From: a virus
Taxonomy: Duplodnaviria; Heunggongvirae; Uroviricota; Caudoviricetes
DNA: 60,515 nt
Strand: one strand, 5' to 3'
IMG/VR virus record: IMGVR_UViG_3300033463_000022
Location: 86,542 to 147,056 of that record
In this document: piece by piece, positions 34,835 to 46,962 of the stretch
Position numbering within the stretch: position 1 is the first letter of the stretch
Layout: every line of letters starts with the position of its first letter
Made by a program: the position numbers and the translations under genes
Notes under the pieces: generated by a model
The model's database searches: none
What the model was told of the DNA's origin: nothing
Seen by the model: the letters and a program-made list of their open reading frames with translations, nothing else

Positions 34835-35257
34835 TTAGGCAATATTGACGTCAACATCATAGAACTGAGTTGTTTTAACGCCATCAACAATACCCTCAAC
34901 TTTGAGTCCAATAACCTTCTTTGCCTGCTCGGCATTAGGTCCGAGATAGAACGCAAAGGTATCTATATCTTTATTAATCGTAGCAGGATTGTTAGGAACG
35001 GTGCTGCCAGCGTCACGAAGGACAGTTACAGTCACAGAACTTGCTCCCTCTACGCCAATATCAAGGGCCATGAAGTAACCGGTGTCCATATCAGGTCCCC
35101 ATAGAGAGGTCCAAGGATCTGCATCAGTCACTTCAACAGGAGTTACGCTGATATTATCGCCTACAACAGCAAAGCTTGATTGAATTTCATTGACGGGCTT
35201 ACCCAAGCCAGCAACGTCTACTGTCGGGACGCTGGTGGTTACGGTGCCGGCGTGAAA
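34835..35257 (-). CDS. Beta-rich (Ig-like?) C-terminal extension of the major tail protein, reached by -1 frameshift
   Basis: 140-codon -1 frame with no RBS-led start; slippery A_AAT_TTC at 35260-35254 in the correct phase. Confidence 0.7.
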   Translation of the reverse strand, partial: FHAGTVTTSVPTVDVAGLGKPVNEIQSSFAVVGDNISVTPVEVTDADPWTSLWGPDMDTGYFMALDIGVEGASSVTVTVLRDAGSTVPNNPATINKDIDTFAFYLGPNAEQAKKVIGLKVEGIVDGVKTTQFYDVDVNIA

Positions 35258-36300
35258 TTTGAGTTTATCTCGTCGGTGTTGCTGTTAGCATTAGGATACT
35301 TGGCATCACCAAAGGTGTAACTGGTCTTGTGATCGAAGGTGTCGTCAGAGGTCCAAGCGGCGGTACCGGCTGCCTTGCTAAGGTGTGGACGCTCCTCAAG
35401 GCCATTATCTTCCACGTCAACATCTTCAACAACCTGGAGAATAGCAAGAACCTTCTTCTCGGGATCGAACTTCGTATAATCGGGGAATGCGTCGAGAACG
35501 AAGTCAAAGGTAGAAGGATCGCCAGTTGCAGCCATCGTGAAGGTGAAGTTAGACTGGACCTTGCAGCGAGGAATTACGAACTCAGCAGGAAGATCCTGAC
35601 CGGTCTCTTCATCGCGGAACAAGGTAGAAGCTTCAAGATAGAAGTAACCACCGAACTTATCGGGGGTAATCTCAATCTGCTTACCCTTGTTTACAATAGT
35701 GTAATAGTCGACAAGAACGGTAGAACCAGGTGCAAATTTGTAGCACTCAATGATGGTCTTATCGTTAGTTGCATCATATTCAACACCAGATTTACCATCT
35801 TCGCCATCATAAGGAATAGCAGGTTCACTCATCTCGTTGCCGTTAACCTGCATGATGAAAATATCAGCACCGGCAACAGCATTTTCTCCACTGGTGTGAG
35901 TATGGTTGTATGCTGCTTTACCATCAACCTTGATAATAGCCTTAGTATTATCAGTTGTGTCTCTCTCGACAACGGCACGAGCAGTGGTGTGAACATACAT
36001 AGAGTTCTCAGCGCTTGCGTCAAGAACAGTAGCGCCAGAAAGAACAGAGAAGCTCTCGGGGCTAATTAGCGCATCGGTCATGTTAAAGGTAAGAGTACGC
36101 TCACCTTCCCATGCAAGCAGACGCGCATTACCACGACCACCCTGAGCATATACAGTAGTAGCTGCACCCTCAAGGGAAGAGGTAGTAAGAGAGTCAAAGT
36201 AAAGGACGGGTTCGTCCTTATAGAACGTTTTAGATCCAACAGTCATCTTGGCTTTCGCGCGAAGAACGACGTTGCAAATCTCACGAACTCCGAATCGCAT
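35239..36300 (-). CDS. Major tail (tube) protein
   Basis: 353 aa, high-expression codon bias, no TAG; FTMAATGDPSTFDF motif; position after neck genes. Confidence 0.85.
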   Translation of the reverse strand: MRFGVREICNVVLRAKAKMTVGSKTFYKDEPVLYFDSLTTSSLEGAATTVYAQGGRGNARLLAWEGERTLTFNMTDALISPESFSVLSGATVLDASAENSMYVHTTARAVVERDTTDNTKAIIKVDGKAAYNHTHTSGENAVAGADIFIMQVNGNEMSEPAIPYDGEDGKSGVEYDATNDKTIIECYKFAPGSTVLVDYYTIVNKGKQIEITPDKFGGYFYLEASTLFRDEETGQDLPAEFVIPRCKVQSNFTFTMAATGDPSTFDFVLDAFPDYTKFDPEKKVLAILQVVEDVDVEDNGLEERPHLSKAAGTAAWTSDDTFDHKTSYTFGDAKYPNANSNTDEINSNFTPAP

Positions 36301-36321
36301 GAGTATATTCCTCCTTACATA

Positions 36322-37071
36322 TTATTTCATGGAATATAAATTTCGCATCCATGTCTCAACTTGCTTATCGGGCTTACCTCCCGCAAGTCTTACTTGCAAG
36401 TCAGTATCCCATTCAACATAAGCATTATATCTTTCAACCTAATCAAATAATTGAAATAGGTTGTACTCTACACTCTCAGTGAGCGGAATGCGAGGCCCAA
36501 TGCGGAGTATAGATAGATATCGAGTTAAAATACTTGCGCTATCTTCTTTAGCAGCTTTCTATTTAGCAATCTTTAAACGACTTTTATTCATTTTTTCAGC
36601 AATCTCTTTGGCGCGTTTACCTTTAGGGTTATACACAACATTCCTGCCCTAAAACAGGCTAGCTGCGCATAATACCTATTTAACGACGTCCTAAAACATA
36701 TCAAAGTTATTATCGTCTATCATTACTACTTGTTCGCCAGTCATTATATTAAAACTTCGTGGCATCATAATAACCTAGCTGTCTGGGAAAAGTAACGTAA
36801 GTAAAGTGATAATAGCCTTCTTTTTATCTTTATTTTCGGGCTACTCTAACACTTTCATTAATATTTGGAAATTACTCAAGTTTGATAAAACAGTTTCGTC
36901 CTAAGTCAACCCGTGCTTATCAATACAAAGATAATTCATTGCCATAAAGAACTATGATTCTCCCATAAAAGCTATATCTTTAATGGTGGGCGAATGTATT
37001 ACTAATTGTAAATCAACAATAGGAATAGGTATGCCAGCCATTAAAGCAAGCTAGATATCATTTTTTGTCAT
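36322..37071 (-). CDS. Conserved neck/tail-completion region protein (249 aa, 10 TAG)
   Basis: Full manual translation is open only with TAG read-through; ATGA overlap with the upstream gene. Confidence 0.75.
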
Positions 37072-37610
37072 ATCATTGGCCTAATATCTTCGTATTTATC
37101 TTCGTTACCTCTAACTACACGGTAATTTAACGTAAGGCCACCAAACTCTTCATTATACACATCTTGAGTAGCATTTATAAAATTAGTTACACCGATGCCG
37201 CTAAGCTTAGCTCCATTAAGCATAGAATCAATCTCTCCAGCTATACTATATGCCCTTAACGCATTATTATCGAGATTCCAATTATCAAAATGCACCATAA
37301 TGCGAATTTCAATAGTGTGGTCACGATAAAAACTGTTTGTTATATTAGGCACATAATTATTAAAATTAACGCTAACGAAAGTTTTCTTCTCGTCTTTGCC
37401 AATTAAAACTCTGGGAATGGAATTAATCTACTTTGTCTCTAACATTTCTGATAGCTGTTCTGGAGTAACGACGCAATTTGGATTCGTCAAACAATCCTCG
37501 GTGTTATGATATACGAGGCGTGCGATGTTAGGATTATGTATAATCTTTTTCATTATATATGCTAGATCCTTTGGTACGCCAAGGAAGCTCGATTTAGCTT
37601 CAATAACCAT
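37068..37610 (-). CDS. Tail terminator/neck-like protein (180 aa, 1 TAG)
   Basis: Track ORFs 37428 and 37068 joined in frame; synteny. Confidence 0.7.
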
Positions 37611-37643
37611 ATCTCTCTACATAACTCCTGCTTCTCCAATCTA

Positions 37644-38630
37644 TTACCAAAGCGATTCAACAACAATAGTCTTGCGAAGTGAACCGCAACATAAATCAAA
37701 CTAACCTTGCTACATCTTATTCCAAGTAAGGGTAACTTTCTTCTTATTATCCTTATCTATAATAAGTGTTACAGGGCATTTCTCTCCTGGCTTAGCGTTA
37801 ACTACAATAGACCAATCCCCTTCAACATCGCTAGTATAAACTTGCGGGATCTGCGGTTTTATCCACGTCTCACCGTGAATACCGGATTCTGGAGTCGGAT
37901 CTTCTGGCTCGATCACCAAGCCATTCTTCATTTCATTGGGCACATCGTCGGTATCTCTGTCAATATAGCTTTCTTCTGCATTGATTTCTAAGACGCCGTC
38001 TATAGAAATTTCATCTGGCGTCTGCACTTTCCAACTGCGGCCCGCAAATAAAAATTCTTCATACCTATTAAACGCAGTTTTTGTTTTGTCGTTCTTCGGC
38101 ATAAGAATGTTTAACGTAAGATTTGGAACATCAATTCTGGTTTGATTTTTTTGGATAGAATTAATCTAAGTTTCAACAGGTCCTCGAATTGCTGCGTATG
38201 TCACGCACCAATTCCCCTCTTCATCCTTAAATTTTATTTTATATTTACAACGTCTTATCTCGCCCCTAAAATAAGCATCTTCGGTTAGCTCTGCGAGATA
38301 AATAATCCAGTAGGAGTTTGTACCCTCCCATTTCACAACGTCGCCGCAAATAAAATTATGCTTGCGGTCGACTGACAGGATTTTATCATCGTAGTCCTGC
38401 TTAACTCTATCGGGGTTAATAAGCGCGCGAACAATTGGCTCGGGTGGCTACGTATCCGCGATTGCAGACAAACAATCATTCTAATGCTGAGCCAAAGAGA
38501 TATCCGCGCCCTAATAAGAGAAATCTAACGCCTTTAAAAAGGTTTTATACTTGTCTTGAATCATGCGGTCTTCTTGTCTAACGCCGCCTTGGTACTCAAG
38601 ACGTCGTCTCATTAAATCAAGATTATTCAT
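37644..38630 (-). CDS. Head-tail joining/closure-like protein (328 aa, recoded)
   Basis: MNNLDLMRRRLEYQGG... through track ORF 37710-38102 to TAA 37644; synteny. Confidence 0.7.
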
Positions 38631-38925
38631 CATTAAGCACCTAACTCAATAGCTCAATACAGCGGAACACTGTCTTGCGGTAAAGCATAAAATCATCACA
38701 GACCTCGTCTTTAAGTCCTTTCATCTTACTTACAAGAATCAGTCCTTCAGGTCTGTCGCGATACAGATCGGCCAATCCCGCAATCTCTTCAATTAAAATT
38801 GAAAGATGTGCCAACCAATCTTCGTTATTCTCACGCATAGGAATTAATTTCCACAACTGATTAGTAAGTCTCTTCTTATCCTTTTCTCTTGTTTCGTAAG
38901 AGAAACCAATACCAAGATCATCCAT
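38623..38925 (-). CDS. Small head-region hypothetical protein (terminal TAG read-through)
   Basis: Track ORF extended through TAG 38641 to TAA 38623, overlapping the next start. Confidence 0.7.
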
Positions 38926-39409
38926 CAAACGTACTCTTTTCCATTATACTAGACCAGTTTGATGCGATTGTTCCCTTACTATCAGTTTGTTTTCTGCGTT
39001 TATAAAGACGTTGCTTATGGAGATTTTGACGTTCGGTTTCCTTCTTTAGCTCCATTAACTTTGCTAAATGGTTTGCTTGGCTCGTCATTTTAAAGTCGGT
39101 GCCAGAATACTTCTATCTAGTATTTTCAATAGAAGTAATCTAACGCTAGAGCCAGACTTCTAGCATACAAGTAGCAAGGATGTTAATTTCTTCCTCGGTT
39201 AAATGTATGGTATAGCCGGTATCGTCAAAATCATACAAAGAAAAACGCGGAAACTCGAAACCAGTTACCGCGTCTTTGAATATATTTTCTAGATCTGCTT
39301 CAGTGTCTTCCTTGGTCCATTCCATATACATGTCGTCGGTAATCTTACCAAAGAAGCAGTCATAAATATCGGTAAAGGGGGTTGGACCGTCCGTAACATG
39401 TATCGACAT
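38918..39409 (-). CDS. Head-tail adaptor-like protein (163 aa, 3 TAG)
   Basis: ...EVWLQRQITSIENTRQKYSGTDFKMTSQANHL... to TGA 38918; synteny after the capsid genes. Confidence 0.72.
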
Positions 39410-39424
39410 GTAGAACCCTCCTTA

Positions 39425-39988
39425 TTATTTCTTTTCGGGAAGTGTGATACTCGCCCGGCGAGCTGGCTCTTCAGTCTTAGGAGGAGCAACGCGTCTCTCT
39501 TTCTTTTCCTCTTGCTTAGGGGCGTCCTCTTCCTTGCTCATCTTCTCAAGCTCAATGGCTTTAAGCACGTCAAACTTCAACTTCTCCTTAATGGCATTGC
39601 ACTTATTCATATCATTAAGAGGAAGCTCAACTGCATACTTCTTAATCAAGGAAAGAACTCCGTCCGGAGCAAAATCAAGAGCATCCAATAGTTGGTCAAG
39701 CGAACAGCTAGGAAGCCATTGTTTAACCTGTTCAGAGGTCATAAAATACTCCGGCTCAGGCTTTATATTCATGGCTGCTTCAGCTGCTTCTGCATTATCG
39801 ATAAGAAGATATCGATTAAAGAGAGCCTTGCAACCATCGGTCTAACAAGCGGCTTCAATTTCGCCATAAGAAATCTTTTTGGTTTCTCCTGCCGCAAAAG
39901 TGCGCCAACGACCTTCTGTTTCGGGCACTGGATAAGCAACAGTATGAGAACTTCTGTTGGTTACCAAAAGAATAGTATCAGCATTCAT
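39425..39988 (-). CDS. Hypothetical head-region protein (187 aa, 1 TAG)
   Basis: ATG 39988 with AAGGAG; read-through joins track ORF 39425-39772. Confidence 0.78.
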
Positions 39989-40018
39989 AATTTAAAACTC
40001 CTTTTTCTCATTTAACGG

Positions 40019-40054
40019 TTTAAGGGGATAGGGGATGAACCCTATCCCCTTAAA
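40019..40054. other. Stem-loop immediately 3' of the major capsid gene
   Basis: TTTAAGGGGATAGGG-N6-CCCTATCCCCTTAAA; no U-tract. Confidence 0.7.
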
Positions 40055-40072
40055 CATAAGACGATATATTTA

Positions 40073-41089
40073 TCAGAACGTAGCGCTAAGCTGCGTATCC
40101 TCGTAAGAGCAAATGTTATTGGTCATAACAACACCAACGCCGACCTTCTGATAGACCTGCATGTCGCGGGACCAATCCTCATTCTCGCGCTCGCGCATAT
40201 GCGCAGTGCCTTCGAAAGCGATCTTGACAGGCTTATCATTGTTGTTACCGGAAGGAATAATCCAAGCAAAGCCAGGATTAATAATCTTACGAGTGTTCAT
40301 CTCGTCCTCGAAGGACTGAGGAAGAATAACAACAGGGGTGCCCTTGTAGTTAGCAAGATAGCCATTCTTCCAGCGCTCGTTACGGATTTCATCAGAAACC
40401 CAAGCGGTCTAAGGAAGCATCTTGGAAGCGAACTCACGAGTACAATAGATAACGGAGTTACCGTAGGCATCAGTAACAGCAATAAGATTATCCATAAGAG
40501 TCTCATTGAAGCCCGCGGTGCTTACGATATTAGCGGAAGGAAGCTGATTAATAGCTCCAATAAGAGCCTCAGCGATCTCACGATAGATCAGTTCGTCCAT
40601 ACCGTCCATAATGATCTGAATGACTTCGGCGAAGTCAGCGCGGCCATCAAAGAACTCCTCGAAACCGATCTGAGCAGCGCCGCCGATAGCGCTAGTCTTG
40701 ACTTCATACTTGGTCTCACCAAGCTTGAAGACTTCATACACACCAGCAAGTCCAACACGGGTGATGAACTGCTTAGCACGAATACGGCCAACCTTACGGG
40801 TGAAGACCGCGGTCTCACCCTGCTTGAAGTTGCGGGTCTCAGCGAAACGGCCATAAGCGTTTTCAATACGCTGAGGAAGGATATCATTTACAGCCTCTTC
40901 AACGAGGGTAAAAACATCTTCCTTATTCTTGCGGTAAAGCTCATAAGTACCGCAGAGAGGCTCAAGCTCCTTACGAAGCGTCTCATTAATGGCATTGTAA
41001 TTGAGGGTTTCGCCATTATAGCTGTAATTAGTGGAAGGAGTAGCCTGAGCAGCAGCCTTCATTAGGCTAACAATCTGTTTAAATTCCAT
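40073..41089 (-). CDS. Major capsid protein (338 aa, single TAG at 40409-40411)
   Basis: Track ORFs 40409-41089 and 40073-40300 are in one frame; strong codon bias; size and position after scaffold/decoration genes. Confidence 0.85.
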
Positions 41090-41109
41090 TATATAGCACT
41101 CCTTTCCTA

Positions 41110-41787
41110 TTACTGAATACGAATAATCTTAACGCCCGGCTGAAGATCAGGCATGTTATAAACACGAGCAACCTGCCAAATCATTCCAGTGGAGGCACTA
41201 TTGTTAATCTTGAGATAACCGTCTGTATCAACAACGAGCTTATTGCCTTCAGCTAGAGTTTCGGTGATCTCGCCAGTGGTCTGATCGGTAGCAAGCTTAA
41301 TGCAGTTAGTGGTGAAGATATCGCCAATATTAGTCTTGAGAACACGAGGAACCATAGTGGTACCAGTCTTCATCATACCATACTGAGCGGTACGGCCACC
41401 GGCAGCCATAGCAATTTCTACCATATTGTCGCCATTATCAGTATGACCATAGTGCTGATATGCAGAGTTGCCAGCAGCGTTATAAACGCGTGCCTCATAA
41501 GCGCTCTTCTTCATTGCGAAGTCAGCGTCAGTTTGATAGTCAAGATAAACCTTTACTTCGTTAAAAACAAGCATCCACTCGCCAGCGCCAGTGAAATTAA
41601 CTTCCTTATTGGCGTAGTCATACTTAACGAACTGGCCATTCTCAAGAAGATCAATATCGCTCTTAGCAGGAAGCTGAGCATAGATCTGGCCAGTGCGGCG
41701 GGCGGAGAGATGGTTAGGCTCTACCTGGCCGTAACCATACTGAACATAGTTAGCTTTAGGACTTAGGCGTCCGGTTGCGAGACTCAT
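41110..41787 (-). CDS. Capsid decoration/minor head protein
   Basis: 225 aa, no TAG, high-expression codons, between scaffold and MCP (inference). Confidence 0.7.
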   Translation of the reverse strand: MSLATGRLSPKANYVQYGYGQVEPNHLSARRTGQIYAQLPAKSDIDLLENGQFVKYDYANKEVNFTGAGEWMLVFNEVKVYLDYQTDADFAMKKSAYEARVYNAAGNSAYQHYGHTDNGDNMVEIAMAAGGRTAQYGMMKTGTTMVPRVLKTNIGDIFTTNCIKLATDQTTGEITETLAEGNKLVVDTDGYLKINNSASTGMIWQVARVYNMPDLQPGVKIIRIQ

Positions 41788-41788
41788 G

Positions 41789-43144
41789 TTAGAACTCCTC
41801 CTTATTCTGGATACGTCTGACGGCCTTTACCCACTCTGGCGCGTCATCAGCATCTTCTGTATTATTTAAATTAAAAGTAGTGGGCTGAATTTCTTGCTCT
41901 TCAGAATTCTCTTCCTCAGAAGCAAAGTTGATTCCATTGCGGAAACAATAGACGGAAAGCTGAGCTTCGATTTCATCAAGGCTATATTTATCTATATTCT
42001 CGACGCAATCTTTCTTTGCTTCGTCGTCAAGCATATAGAACTTAGCGATCATGTCCTCTTTAGCCTTACGCTCGCCAGCCAGTTTGTACTCACGAAGTCC
42101 AGCAACCTCACCATCAAGCTCGGTTTTCTCAGCCTCGAGAGCAGCATACTTGTCCTTGAGTTCATTATACTGAGCCTCAAGAGCAGCATAATTATCAGTC
42201 AATTCTTGATATTTAGCACTATAATCATCTTCGTCTTCTTTCTTATCTTCCTTTTTATCTTCTTCCTTATCTTCTGCTTTTGTTTCCTTTTTATCTTCTT
42301 TTTTATCCTTATTCTCTTTATCAGAATTGTCCTCGGGAACTTTCTTGACGAATTCACCTTCAGCAGGAGCGCTCTCTACGTCAGAGGTTTCCTCTGCCGC
42401 GAAAGTCTCCGTTACAGGCTCTTCGCCTTCAACAGGAAGGATATTCTTGTTCTCTTCTTCCATGTCAGAGCCTCCTTTAGTTATAGCTTCTTTTAGTTCG
42501 TTTATCATGGAAAACATTGTGGTCTTGAACTCCTCAAACTCTGGTGAGTTCAAAGAGAAAGCTGCAATGGAAGCTCCCTCAAAACAAGGTTCAAAATGTT
42601 CTCCAAGCACGCATAACTTTTTAATTAATGCCTCATTATAAATAAAAATTCTATGACTCGAATTATCACTGTTTGCCCAATAACCTGAAGAACTTTCTCT
42701 GTCGAGTTCCATAGATTGGTTATTACCTTTAGTGATCATTCTTTTACTCTCTGGATAAGCACCAGTCCAAATATAGCCTTCGGTACAAAGGTATTCGTGC
42801 TTTACACCATTATCATTAAACCACTAAAACCAAACCTGCGCGTCTGTGGGGACAAAGCCATAGGGAAAAGTGGTATCAATAAACTTTACGTCCCCATCAG
42901 ATAGATCTAGTTCCCTGTTGTGCTGTTCAAAGTCTTTTTCTTCTTTATTATAATATCCAACAATAGGAGAACCAGGTAGGTTACGTCCCATCTCAACGGC
43001 GACGTCCTTTGTAATAACTGTACTATTGCGGTTCGGCTATTGCCCAACCCAGCAGACTTTGATCTTAGCATGGCTGATAAATGGTGATATTTGAGTATTT
43101 TCAATAAATTCCATGGTGTTATTTACTGGAATACTTAAATTCAT
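41789..43144 (-). CDS. Prohead protease-scaffold fusion (451 aa, 2 TAG)
   Basis: N-terminal PNRNSTVIT...QSMEL...LGEHFEPCFEGA protease-like domain followed by an acidic coiled coil. Confidence 0.8.
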
Positions 43145-43155
43145 TTTATCACCCC

Positions 43156-44763
43156 TTAGCTCATAGCTTGTTTGTTCTTCAAGGTCTTATCTGACTTCTC
43201 TTGATCTTCCTTTTCTGGACGACCCGCTGAACCTTTAGAAGAACTCTACGCGGCATTGCCGCCACGTTCTCGCATTGCCTGCTGCTGACCAGCACTCAAA
43301 GTCGCACTAGACATAGGAGGAATCATACTATCAGCAAGATGTAGAACATCATTTTCAAAGTCGATAGTGGCGAGAATCATAGATTGAGACTGCCCAAGAG
43401 CAATCATTGGTAACATCTTACTAAAGCCGACCTAGACATTTTCTTTATACATCTTAGCGATTTCTTTATAATTAAACTAGGTGGTCTCTAGCATATTAAA
43501 TACAAAGATGTAATGATTTTTTCTATTATATTTCTTTTGAACGATTTTATTAAATACATTCTCTAGCTGGAGCTTTAAATCACGCAGATTGGCTTCATCT
43601 ACTAAAATAGAATTAGTAACAGCAAGGTTGCCGTCGGCATTAAAGAGGTTTTGAGAAACACCAGAGTTGTTATAAACAGTTCTTTCAACCTTCTCCAAAT
43701 CGTCTGTTGTAGTGGTAGAATTTCTATCTCTCATGTCTGCCACTTGAACATCGGCAAACGTGGTTAAAACATCTACACCAACTGCGCGCTTTAGCATAGC
43801 CACAGCATTATTATGGATATCCTTGGCTTCATCAACGTCAAAGATAAGCTCGCTATTTTTATCTAATGGAAGCTTTTGAATAATAATTTTCAAGAGCTAC
43901 TGCATTGTTTTCTTGCGATCAAGGTCCTACGCCATATCAAGATCGATAATAGAGGGGATAATCCCAACAAGAGGCGGGAAGCCGTCTTCACTCAATGTCA
44001 CTCTAATTCCCACACCAGGCTCTAACGCATACCAATAACTCTTATCGCCAGGATAATCACCCTTTAATTTCCCCTATCTATAAAGCACATAAGCTTTCTA
44101 AATATCTTGAGGGAATATCTTTAATATCTTGGCTCTATAAAGCGGATTAGGAAAATAAGCATCAAAGAAACGAAGATTTAATTCCACTACTGGATCTATT
44201 CCAGAATAATAGCGACATCTACAGTAGTCTGCGGGAAGCCTCTAAAAGGCGCAAAAATCGCCGTAGTCGAGAGCTATTGCATAGAATACTCCAGATTTCA
44301 TAATCTCAAGAGCAATCTATCCGCTAAGTCTCTTAACCTATGATTTATCTAAATACAGTAAAGCATCTGAAAACGCTTTTTCCAGCTTCTTAGAGTCTTC
44401 TGTCTTTTCTCTATAGGGCATTATGTACCAGTCATAACGATACATAAAAGCCATATAACGACATAAGCGATAGTATATTCCGCTAGATTGATAAAAGTAA
44501 TTAGATATTTCGCGAAGAGTCTATTCATCGCGACGATACATAGCTTGTAGAACAAAGTCCTTGTCACCATAAGAGCTATTCACTCTCTTATATGAACCTA
44601 GACTGAGGATGGCATCATCCACCGTCCGCAAGCCAACTTTCATCTTGGCGAAGTCTACATCACTAAACTCTGCCCAATCGTTTTCCCTATTAGATAAAGC
44701 AACGCCATCCTGCAAGAGATTAAAGCCTTTAGCCTTGATATCAGCCTGTCGTTGTTTAATCAA
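43156..44763 (-). CDS. Portal protein (535 aa, recoded)
   Basis: TTG start 9 nt after AGGAGG; track fragments 44521 and 43477 in frame; size and position between TerL and protease. Confidence 0.78.
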
Positions 44764-44777
44764 ACGGCTCAACCTCC

Positions 44778-45137
44778 TTAGGCAAGCCCAGCGCGGGTCA
44801 TAATGTAATCGTAGGTAATCAATGCTTCTTCGGTGTAGGGGATCTCGACTAGCTTGATCCCCTTAAAAGCACAATATCTACGCTTCTATGTATCATTATA
44901 TTGCTACTGATACAAACCGCGCATACCACCAAACTTAGAAACAGCTTGATAATGCTACTTGCCTTGATATTCAATTAAAAAATCAAGATTACCATCATCA
45001 TCAAAGACAGCGAAATCAAACTTTAAAGGTCTGCCCGCAGGAGTTTTTAATTCTGGAAAAACATACTCTTCAATAAAGTTGACGTCATTCTTCTCTAATA
45101 TTTCGTGTATTTTTATCTCTCCACGACTAGCTAACAT
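44778..45137 (-). CDS. Small PD-(D/E)XK (Vsr/DUF559-like) endonuclease (119 aa, 3 TAG)
   Basis: SRGEIKI...LKFDFAV...LIEYQGK-Q-HY...YNDT-Q-KRRYC. Confidence 0.78.
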
Positions 45138-45210
45138 ATTTCTCACTCCTTGCCTTTGAATTCTATTAAATTTAAAAATAGTTTACGATATTTTATCATG
45201 TCTTGCCCCA

Positions 45211-46962
45211 TTAATTCAAAAACATGAAGTCTCTAAAAGAGCGTTTACGCTTCTTCTTATTATCCTCTTCTTCACGGATATAGTAGATGCCATAGCATAG
45301 AGCAGAGAATTTATCCTTCTTAATATTCTTATTAGCTTGCTCAAGAATAATATTAACACCTTCATTTTTCTGTCGCAAGTTAAGAAGTTCTTCTTTTAAA
45401 ATATCCGTAAGGGTAAAAGGCATCAAGTATTCCGCACGCTCTTCAGGGGTCATAGCTTGACCCTTCTTAGTGCCCATCAAGCGCGCCTTAGCATGGCGCT
45501 CCTCACACAAGAACTTTACCTTACCGCTATCAAGAGCAGACTAGACAGCAGAATAAGCTTCTGTATTGATAGGAGCATTAGCTTTTATAGTATAAATAGC
45601 ATCATCTTCCGTATCATTCGTGCGGAATTGCTTATATTTCTACTCAGCATCTTGGTCGGTACCACCATACACGCCGAACGGAGGATAAATCTCTCCGTCG
45701 TCGTCCTGGTGGATAACCATAAAGTCCATAAGGCCTGATCCAAGACCGTTAGCATCAATTATGATGCGTTTGGCATTATACTTATAATATAGCTTCTTTA
45801 TTCGTAGTGCCTACAAACCATAATGTTCTGCTTCATAGGCATAGATATTCACCAACGATTTTATTGACGCCCCTTGTGCTTGCGGCGTTACCTTAAATAC
45901 GCAGATAACCGTCTAGCACTTGAAACGACCAACGTCGACGGATAGAATATAGTAAGCTTGTGCTGAAGACCTGCCGGAAGACTCGTACTCTGGCTGCTTC
46001 AAGATACGGTTGCGGTCAAACTTCTCACCATTAAAGAACGCATCCTCGACATTACCGGTCCAATGGCTGCAATATTCACGTTCAAAGCTAGCTTCATTGA
46101 ACGTTGGGTCTCGCCGCAAGTCTTGCACGAACGTTTTTTGCAGAAGTCCCATCAAGATAGGCACACGATAAGTACCGCCCATGATAAAAGCTTTATCAGG
46201 CTCAGTAATCATCTATACCAACGTCTAAATTAATTTTTCATAACTAAACGTGCCTTTATAACCAGCTGTGGTAATATATATCTGACTCTGATTCAACACT
46301 TCATCTTCTTGTACTGTTCCATCCAAACATCGTCTTGAAACGTTCATTGTAGGCAACAGAACTTCTTGGAGTATCTGCTGGTCGATACCGACGCACTCTT
46401 CCAGCACTCCGCCGTGTTTACGGCGACCTCTGGTGCTTTCGCGCGCCGCAAGGTTCTCAAAATCACTGCCATTTTTAAAAATAAATCTACAGTGGTCTTT
46501 ACCAACTTGTGTCTTTCCGCGTCGCCAATCTATCTCCCTCTTAAAAGCCGGTATTTTATTACAAATATCGTCGACCTTTTCTTGAAGGATTTGCGCAGCC
46601 TGCTCTTTTCCGCCAGCAGAAGAGAACAGATGTACGCCGGGGAATAAAATACAGCGAATCATCATAATAAGGACTGTTAAGAATGACTTAGAATACGCAC
46701 GAGGATATACAGCGTACACGTATTTATATCTCATTGCTACTCGTAGAAAAACTCGCTGATAGAAGAATAGGTGGAAGGTTAAGTCTTTCTCTTTTTCTTT
46801 ATCTCCACCCGTCTGCATAAAATCAATAAATAAATCGGGGTATTCTCGCCAAAAAGAAATATACTATACCAAAACAGGTTTTATTGCTTCAATGCGTTCT
46901 TCTGAAATACCAATTTTTTTTTCACTATGAGACGCTGTATCGAGTAAGGATTCAAGACTCAT
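45211..46962 (-). CDS. terL: Terminase large subunit (583 aa, recoded)
   Basis: YPRAYSKSF Walker-A-like, RGRRKHGGVLEE Walker-B, YITTAG, nuclease YILSVDVGR and KDKFSAL; three track fragments in frame. Confidence 0.9.

Noticed and set aside
35329-42496. Long plus-strand ORFs 35329-36069, 40199-41065, 41894-42496
   Set aside because: Antisense shadows of MTP, MCP and scaffold genes, caused by their codon bias.
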